From Botryllus schlosseri (Eukaryota), in the NCBI GenBank assembly GCA_051294905.1, contig CM119371.1, forward strand, positions 13,766,001-13,830,000: a stretch of 64,000 bases of DNA, read 5' to 3'. Position numbers and translations under genes: made by a program. Below the pieces are notes generated by a model, which did not search any database, was not told where the DNA came from, and saw only the letters and a list, made by a program, of their open reading frames with translations. Positions 56,301 to 64,000 of the stretch are shown here, in pieces; position 1 is the stretch's first letter; each line of letters opens with the position of its first letter.

Positions 56301-57914
56301 ATTTTCATACCCCCCAAAATGGCTAAATCTGCCAATATCTCCCAAACTACAATAGCCAGGAATACGCCGATAGGCTCATTCGATGTAACTTTTGAATTGC
56401 TACAATCTGGTAGCAGAGTTGTAACTGTAGGCCCTCGGGAACATAGAGAAATCTTGGTGGAATTGAACTTTTCATAAATTTTCATACCCCCCAAAATGGC
56501 TAAATCTGCCAATATCTCCTAAACTACAATAGCCAGGAATACGCCGATAGGCTCATTCGATATTACTTTTGAATTGCTACAATCTGGTAGCAGAGTTGTA
56601 ACTGTAGGCCCTCGGGAACATAGAGAAATCTTGGTGGAATTGAACTTTTCATAAATTTTCATACCCCCCAAAATGGCTAAATCTGCCAATATCTCCTAAA
56701 CTACAATAGCCAGGAATACGCCGATAGGCTCATTCGATGTAACTTTTGAATTGCTACAATCTGGTAGCAGAGTTGTAACTGTAGGCCCTCGGGAACATAG
56801 AGAAATCTTGGTGGAATTGAACTTTTCATAAATTTTCATACCCCCCAAAATGGCTAAATCTGCCAATATCTCCTAAACTACAATAGCCAGGAATACGCCG
56901 ACAGGCTCATTCGATGTAACTTTTGAATTGCTACAGTCTGGTAGCAAAGTTGTAACTGTAGGCCCTCGGGAACATAGAGAAATCTTGGTGGAATTGAACT
57001 TTTCATAAATTTTCATACCCCCCTAAATGGCTAAATCTGCCAATATCTCCTAAACTACGATAGCCAGGAATACGCCGATAGGCATATTCGATGTAACTTT
57101 TGAATTGCTACAATCTGGTAGCAGAGTTGTAACTGTAGGCCCTCGGGAACATAGAGAAATCTTGGTGGAATTGAACTTTTCATAAATTTTCATACCCCCC
57201 AAAATGGCTAAATCTGCCAATATCTCCTAAACTACAATAGCCATGAATACGCCGATAGGCTCATTCGATGTAACTTTTGAATTGCTACAATCTGGTAGCA
57301 GAGTTGTAACTGTAGGCCCTCGGGAACAAAGAGAAATCTTGGTGGAATTGAACTTTTCATAAATTTTCATACCCCCCAAAATGGCTAAATCTGCCAATAT
57401 CTCCTAAACTACAATAGCCAGGAATACGCCGATAGGCTCATTCGATGTAACTTTTGAATTGCTACAATCTGGTAGCAGAGTTGTAACTGTAGGCCCTCGG
57501 GAACATAGAGAAATCTTGGTGGAATTGAACTTTTCATAAATTTTCATACCCCCCAAAATGGCTAAATCTGCCAATATCTCCTAAACTACAATAGCCAGGA
57601 ATACGCCGATAGGCTCATTCGATGTAACTTTTGAATTGCTACAATCTGGTAGCAGAGTTGTAACTGTAGGCCCTCGGGTACATAGAGAAATCTTGGTGGA
57701 ATTGAACTTTTCATAAATTTTCATACGCCCCAAAATGGCTAAATCTGCCAATATCTCCTAAACTACAATAGCCAGGAATTGGCCGATAGGCTCATTCGAT
57801 GTAACTTTTGAATTGCTACAATCTGGTAGCAGAGTTGTAACTGTGGGTTCTCGGGAACATAGAGAAATCTTGGTGGAATTGAACTTTTCATAAATTTTCA
57901 TACCCCCCAAAATG
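26347..57914 (-). repeat. 177-bp tandem satellite array, right arm in reverse orientation (~178 monomers)
   Basis: Reverse complement of the same monomer (CGGGAACATAGAGAAATCTTGGTGG...) with period 177. Confidence 0.99.
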
Positions 57915-59136
57915 TCAAAGTATTCCAATATCTCTCTAAGTACAATAGCCAGGGAAAAGTTATTGCGTGCAATCGATGTAACTTTCAGAGTTAGACACTC
58001 TGATACCGGAATTGTAGTTCTAGGCCTTCGGGAACATAGAGAAATCTTGGTAAATTTCATACCCCCCAAAATGTCAAAGTATGCCAATATCTCTCTAAGT
58101 ACAATAGCCAGGGAAAAGTTATTGCGTGCAATCGATGTAACTTTCAGAGTTAGACACTCTGATACCGGAATTGTAGTTCTAGGCCTTCGGGAACATAGAG
58201 AAATCTTGGTAAATTTCATACCCCCCAAAATGTCAAAGTATGCCAATATCTCTCTAAGTACAATAGCCAGGGAAAAGTTATTGCGTGCAATCGATGTAAC
58301 TTTCAGAGTTAGACACTCTGATACCGGAATTGTAGTTCTAGGCCTTCGGGAACATAGAGAAATCTTGGTAAATTTCATACCCCCCAAAATGTCAAGGTAT
58401 GCCAATATCTCTCTAAGTACAATAGCCAGGGAAAAGTTATTGCGTGCAATCGATGTAATTTCAGAGTTAGACACTCTGATACCGGAATTGCAGTTCTAGG
58501 CCTTCGGGAACATAGAGAAATCTTGGTAAATTTCATACCCCCCAAAATGTCAAAGTATGCCAATATCTCTCTAAGTACAATAGCCAAGGAAAAGTTATTG
58601 CGTGCAATCGATGTAACTTTCAGAGTTAGACACTCTGATACCGGAATTGTAGTTCTAGGCCTTCGGGAACATAGAGAAATCTTGGTAAATTTCATACCCC
58701 CCAAAATGTCAAAGTATGCCAATATCTCTCTAAGTACAATAGCCAGGGAAAAGTTATTGCGTGCAATCGATGTAACTTTCAGAGTTGGACACTCTGATAC
58801 CGGAATTGTAGTTCTAGGCCTTCGGGAACATAGAGAAATCTTGGTAAATTTCATACCCCCCAAAATGTCAAAGTATTCCAATATCTCTCTAAGTACAATA
58901 ACCAGGGAAAAGTTATTGCGTGCAATCGATGTAACTTTCAGAGTTATACACTCTGATACCGGAATCGTAGTTCTAGGCCTTCGGGAACATAGAGAAATCT
59001 TGGTAAATTTCATACCCCCAAAAATGTCAAAGTATGCCAATATCTCTCTAAGTACAATAGCCAGGGAAAAGTTATTGCGTGCAATCGATGTAACTTTCAG
59101 AGTTAGACACTCTGATACCGGAATTGTAGTTCTAGG
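57915..59136 (-). repeat. 159-bp satellite variant, ~7.7 monomers, same orientation as the adjacent 177-bp arm
   Basis: ATGTCAAAG recurs at 57912, 58071 and onward (period 159). It is collinear with the 177-mer except that GGAATTGAACTTTTCATA is absent. Confidence 0.98.
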
Positions 59137-59137
59137 G

Positions 59138-59819
59138 CCTAGAACTACAATTCCGGTATCAGAGTGTCTAACTCTGAAAGTTACATCGATTGCACGCAAT
59201 AACTTTTCCCTGGCTTTTGTACTTAGAGAGATATTGGCATACTTTGACATTTTAGGGGGTATGAAATTTATCAAGATTTCTCTATGTTCCCGAAGGCCTA
59301 GAACTACAATTCCGGTATCAGAGTGTCTAACTCTGAAAGTTACATCGATTGCACGCAAGAACTTTTCCCTGGCTATTGTACTTAGAGAGATATTGGCATA
59401 CTTTGACATTTTGGGGGGTATGAAATTTACCAAGATTTCTCTATGTTCCCGAAGGCCTAGAACTACAATTCCGGTATCAGAGTGTCTAACTCTGAAAGTT
59501 ACATCGATTGCACGCAATAACTTTTCCCTGGCTATTGTAGTTAGAGAGATATTGGCATACTTTGACATTTTGGGGGGTATGAAATTTACCAAGATTTCTC
59601 TATGTTCCCGAAGGCCTAGAACTACAATTCCGGTATCAGAGTGTCTAACTCTGAAAGTTACATCGATCGCACGCAATAACTTTTCCCAGGCTATTGTACT
59701 TAGAGAGATATTGGCATACTTTGACATTTTGGGGGGTATGAAATTTACCAAGATTTCTCTATGTTCCCGAAGGCCTAGAACTACAATTCCGGTATCAGAG
59801 TGTCTAACTCTGAAAGTTA
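59138..59819 (+). repeat. 159-bp satellite variant, ~4.3 monomers, inverted (right arm of palindrome)
   Basis: Junction ...GTAGTTCTAGG-G-CCTAGAACTAC... centred on 59137; the array ends abruptly at ...CTGAAAGTTA. Confidence 0.98.
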
Positions 59820-59830
59820 TGATTTCAAAA

Positions 59831-59906
59831 TGACTCGACTTGACTATAAACTATTAAAGTAAGATTGACCCCTGACTCGGAGCCTTGTGACTTGTTTACA
59901 ACCCTG
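59831..59906. mobile_element. Probable terminal fragment of a hAT-type element abutting the satellite
   Basis: Repeated TGACT/GACTTG subterminal motifs ending in GTTTACAACCCTG (reverse complement CAGGGTTGTAAAC), a hAT-like terminus. No partner end was identified. Confidence 0.45.
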
Positions 59907-60503
59907 GCAGAAACCAATGCGATTTTCGAGCTCACCGTCCCTGATTTACCATAAAATCGTTCTCACCTACCATAATGAATTTTCGTTTTTTTCCAGTGTA
60001 ATAAGTGTATACTCAATATATTTCCAAGTATAGGCCTTACCCGAAAGGGATCTTCTATAAGTGCAGCAACTCATCATCATGAGGTCGCTAATCCTTTTAT
60101 CCAACAAAATAGTTAGAACCCAAATAGACACAATAGACATAGTGCCGTTAGAGACATGTGCGAACAAAAACAACTTTTTACAGTAACATCCTTGTTGTTG
60201 TCACGAATAGAAGGTTGCTCATCTGAATCTACTACTTCAACTGAACAACAGAACCATTGAGGAAAAGCATGACCGATGGGCGATGATGAATGATGATTCG
60301 GCCGAGGGAAATCCCACGCTTGTATTTCCCCTTATTCCCGCCATCTAGTGACGTGTGTGCAATGTACAATTGTACATGCATAGTGTCCTATTTATGGTGT
60401 CGACATAAGCAAATCTTACGACTCAGTGAAATTGAATCACGTCACAATTTCCATTTGGGTACAGGCAATTTGACGGTCATTTTTGACCGGCTTGCCGAGG
60501 ATT

Positions 60504-60858
60504 AAATTTGGTGAAACGGGTATCAATCGAAAGCTGACTCTGCACTGATTACGAAAATATAAATTTTATTTCGCTCGCGGCCCTGGAACCCCCACAATCA
60601 GCCTCGAATTTTTCATTGTTATGGAGATTGGCATTGAGACGCAACAATGCTGTCTGGCGAAACGAGCTCTCTCGTTTCGCAAAACAGCATTGTTGCGTCT
60701 CAATGCCAATCTCTCGTTTCGCCAGACAGCATTGTTGCGTCTCAATGCCAATCTCTCCTTTCGCCAGACAGAATTGTTGCGTCTCAATCCCAATCTCCAT
60801 AACAATGAAAAATTCGAGGCTGATTGTGAGGGTTCCAGGGCCGCGAGCGAAATAAAAT
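60504..60858. mobile_element. Foldback MITE with internal 42-bp minisatellite; right arm truncated
   Basis: 60563-60666 pairs in inverted orientation with sequence ending at 60858. The 42-bp unit occurs once inverted (60624-60666) and three times in tandem (60669-60794). The family core ATCGAAAG...ACTGATTACGAAAATATAAA is at ~60526-60563. Confidence 0.85.
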
Positions 60859-61072
60859 GCACGACGCACGTGATCAATTGGCGCCACCATATGGAAGAAA
60901 GATCAGTGTTAAATCGATAGCAATCATTCAGGACAAGGTCGCACTTACTTCATGACCATGGACCAACTTAGTTGAATTATTCAACAAAATTTGTTTTATT
61001 CTGCACTTATTAATATTATTGGATCAGTCGCTATAAGCCCGCCTGCAGAACTTGACTTTCTAAACGCTAACG

Positions 61073-61320
61073 AGCGAGATAGTGTAATGGTGATGCGTCC
61101 ATCTTCTTGGTCGGTTGGTTGTGGGTTCGATCCCCGGTCATACCAAAGACTTGAAAATTGGTATCCGCAGCTATCCTGCTAGGCGCTCAGCAATCACGGA
61201 CAGAATGGAAGAGAATAAAACGGGGGCACAGACTAGGTGACCTCACGGTCGTATCGTAACTCCGTAGTCCAAGCATCTTGATGGTGCATGCGAAAAAGAA
61301 TATCATCTCTCTATCTCTCT
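61073..61320 (+). mobile_element. tRNA-derived SINE, central region resembling the Meta/MESC domain
   Basis: Pol III A box TAGTGTAATGG (61080-61090) and B box GGTTCGATCCC (61124-61134). They are followed by GGTCATACCAAAGACTTGAAAATTGGTA...CCTGCTAGGCGCTCAGCA, recalled as MetaSINE-like but not searched. The 3' end is approximate (ATCTCTCT tail). Confidence 0.75.
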
Positions 61321-62721
61321 ACCGCTACGGATCTTCGACTTCTAAACTATCCCGGGAATTCCCTAAAGCGAGACTTGTTAATGTTTGCCGCAACATGGGA
61401 CCAAAGTCACTCAACTATGACAAGTCGTCCGAACGTATTTTCATGGAGCGAGAAACGTTGCACATCTTGATGTTATGTAGTATGGCGCCTTACGGCGAAC
61501 GCCGTTGTAGGTTGGATTATTTGGAGTTCGCGGCGCAAATATGACTGGATGTGCTGTGGAAGGTCAAGAAAATGAAGCATCAAGGAAGGATAGCTCAAGA
61601 AAGAAGCAAAATAGTGTCTGATAGAGACTGTCCTGTTCTATTTCGCTTCCCAATAAATCCAATCCTCAACGTCGTCACTTCAGAAGAAGTGGGATCAAAG
61701 GTACAGTACCGTAGTATTAGTAGTAAGTCTACTGTAGTACATGTAGCGTTCGAAAAATGTCAAATATAGAGATCTAGTGATATGATACGTTCATGGTTCA
61801 TCCTTCATGTCTTTATATTATCCTAATCATGGGTCATATTTTATGCAGCATATGATTTCACTGGGAGAAGTCCACCAATGGAGAGAAGACTATGGAATAT
61901 CACTCTTGAAATAATTATTCGCTTGCTAACAAACCGGTCAAGGTGGTTGCTGTTGTTTCGGATGAGTCTTCGTGCGGATGTGGAAAGCGGCTGGCTGGTA
62001 AGATTTAATGGTATACTGCTGAAGAGTACCATTGCTTAGCATTGTATAATTCCGTTTGCAGATTGGAATGAAATACCATCTGCTGATAATCTAAGATCAG
62101 CCATGAGTTACCCGTCAAGCATATTCAACCATCCATCACAAATCACGATACCATATGATGTTGCGAGGACAGCTGCACACTGCACAGGTAAGACATTGTT
62201 TGATCTTGATGCTACACAACCTTTTACTCATTGGAAACCTCATTAGTATTTTCACCTCGGTCATGGTACAGTGTCGGGGGTTGTCACAAAGCCTGAATTT
62301 CTTGAAGTGGCAATCTCATTTTCATCGTATTGTTGTACTTTGTCATTATCAGTGACCTTGAGCATTTTTCAAATGATTACATCTGTCAATAAATGAAATT
62401 TCCAATCATAGCCTACATGGAAACCAGTTGAAGCCGGCATTAGACTATATCGAGCATACTTTGTATTGTAGCCATAAGCAGTTGCTGTTGCCTGCAAAAC
62501 GCATCCTTGATTTTCTCTTGTTTTAGCAGTCCTCAAAGGGTGCACTCGCAAATATATTTAGTTTGGTACGAGATTAATTTTAGTGTATTTATTCATTTAG
62601 TATGTTATATTTTTATTCAGGTCTGCATGCGGGGAATTGTGGAAGAATTGTCCGAGAATGGACATTACCGGCAGTCGTCAAGCATGTCCAGGCCTACATG
62701 CAAGCTGCTTCTACTGAATGA
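61321..62721 (+). pseudogene. Possible degenerate intron-containing gene of unknown product
   Basis: Candidate exons are ~61321-61700 (one in-frame TGA at 61542), 61849-61997 (needs one frameshift), 62062-62187 (126 bp, open, TTTGCAG|...|GTAAGA) and 62621-62721 (TTTTTATTCAG|, ends TGA). The splice phases are compatible. No recognisable domain. Confidence 0.35.
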
Positions 62722-64000
62722 ACACTATTCAGCCTGCAGGACTGCGATATGATATGTCGACATTTTTATTGCTAGTCCTTTTTGTTATCTTTTCCTGGAC
62801 TGTATATGCCTCTTATTTACATGCTCTTGGTCAAGGTGGGGGACTGATTGAAATGACCGATCCTAATCATTTAGGCACTGTTCAATCGTTTTCCTTATAT
62901 TGCAATCTTGTGGTGTTTTGATCTGATGGAAATTTCAATAAAATGGATTGGACTACCTATATTTCGTGTCATCCAATTACATGGATATATCACAGAAAGC
63001 ACCCGTAAATTTGTTGTCAGATTTAAAATTGGTAAAGAGCAATGAAGAATCGTACGAGAGAGAAAACAGTATACTTGGAAATGTGCTGCAAGGTCAGGTA
63101 TAAGACGAAAAATAATAAAAAACTTATTTTCACATCTGAGGACTTTGAAGATAAGGTTTCTACATGTTAAGTTCTCGTCTATTGCAGAAAAGGTGCTGCA
63201 GACATGTGTTTAGACGCGGAGGCTAGTCGCAAATCCCGGTGCGAAGGGTGGTAGTTGTCTGCTTGCAGGTTGGTTGTCCAGTCAGTGAGTACTCCAGTTC
63301 CATTGGGCAATGATACCAGGTCATCGAATTCGTGCGGCTATGGTGGACTGTAAAACTGGACGGTCATGACCAGCAATAATCCTGCATCCCGACTAGTAAT
63401 AATTTCGATCTACGCCAAGATTGATATTGCAGCATATATAAGGTATATTTCGTTTGAAGGTCACCCATTTATAAATATTTCGTTTTAATGTCGTTGAAAT
63501 ACATACTGCAATCCTTGAAATCACACACAGCCAAATAATTCTCGAGAAATAACCGTTAAAAGTCGAAATATAAGGTCGGCAAGCAAGGATTTCCATTACC
63601 GCAGGTTAGCGCCGACGGACTTTTGTGCAACATTTTGCGCTCCAGTACTCTCGTAACATTGCGCTTATTAGTTGGACGACTTGTCATAGTTGAGTGACTT
63701 TGCATGGGACATCGTAATCGTCAATGGCGTGTCGTTGTTGATCGTTCGGAATATTCTTCACTTGCTACTTTAAACGCTAAGAAGTATTTATTAATCGTTT
63801 CCCAGTTCATAAAAAATTCATAGGGGGCCATAAAATAATGTAGTTTAGGGGACGTCAACCTTTTCTATGTAGCCTACAACTACAGTCTGCCAAATCTTAA
63901 AATGTCATCAACTCGCGTGACTCGACGCTCGGACGGCCAATACCTATATTTGACTGTAATTCAGTGGCTTGTGGCTCTGCGCCACGGGCGGAAGGCTACT

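Noticed and set aside
6975..56512. Repeated MADLAILGGMKIYEKF... ORFs
   Set aside because: 177 bp is 59 codons with one TAG per monomer, so ORFs appear only where point variants remove that stop.
4935..57914. CRISPR array
   Set aside because: Whole monomers repeat with no unique spacers, there are no cas genes, and the context is eukaryotic.
57758..59833. Long ORFs on both strands (238, 195, 458, 436 aa) made of 53-aa repeats
   Set aside because: 159 is divisible by 3 and the monomer happens to lack stops in one frame per strand. The palindrome joins the frames. There is no domain, and a 1-bp deletion near 58458 breaks the frame. Translation cannot be excluded without expression data.
4795..59906. 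CAGGGTGGTA / TACAACCCTG as TIRs of a giant element enclosing the array
   Set aside because: Only 9/10 bp match, with no further similarity and no TSD.
60339..60350. CTCF-like motif CGCCATCTAGTG as a boundary element
   Set aside because: A single imperfect short match next to transposon sequence, with no supporting evidence.
61073..61140. Functional tRNA gene
   Set aside because: A and B boxes are present, but there is no convincing acceptor or anticodon stem and the sequence runs into a SINE-like body.
62170..62187. TAAHC trypsin-like catalytic His motif
   Set aside because: The surrounding residues lack the trypsin context (no CGG-LI, no hydrophobic WVL, no GDSGGP).

Overview
Non-coding, repeat-dominated eukaryotic DNA, most likely from an invertebrate animal (inferred from a tRNA-derived SINE, hAT-like ends and short GT-AG introns). 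About 53 kb (4935-57914) is one highly homogeneous 177-bp tandem satellite. It has ~120 copies on the + strand, then a 100-N scaffold gap (26247-26346), then ~178 copies in the opposite orientation. Diagnostic variants show local block duplications of 6, 12, 13, 14, 16 and 28 monomers. At 57914 the array switches in register into a related 159-bp satellite (~77% identical by hand alignment, lacking one 18-bp segment). That satellite flips orientation at a gap-free palindrome centred on 59137 and ends at 59819. The flanks are mosaics of non-autonomous DNA transposons: a 2.8-kb element with 263-bp TIRs, a 591-bp foldback element with a 7-bp TSD, and a foldback element with an internal inverted 42-bp minisatellite. 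There are also hAT-like ends, one SINE and a possible degenerate spliced gene near 61.3-62.7 kb. I found no intact recognisable protein-coding gene, RNA gene or CRISPR array; the long ORFs are by-products of monomer lengths divisible by 3. The most interesting signal is a recurring architecture of tandem units that invert at a short palindromic site, seen at three scales.
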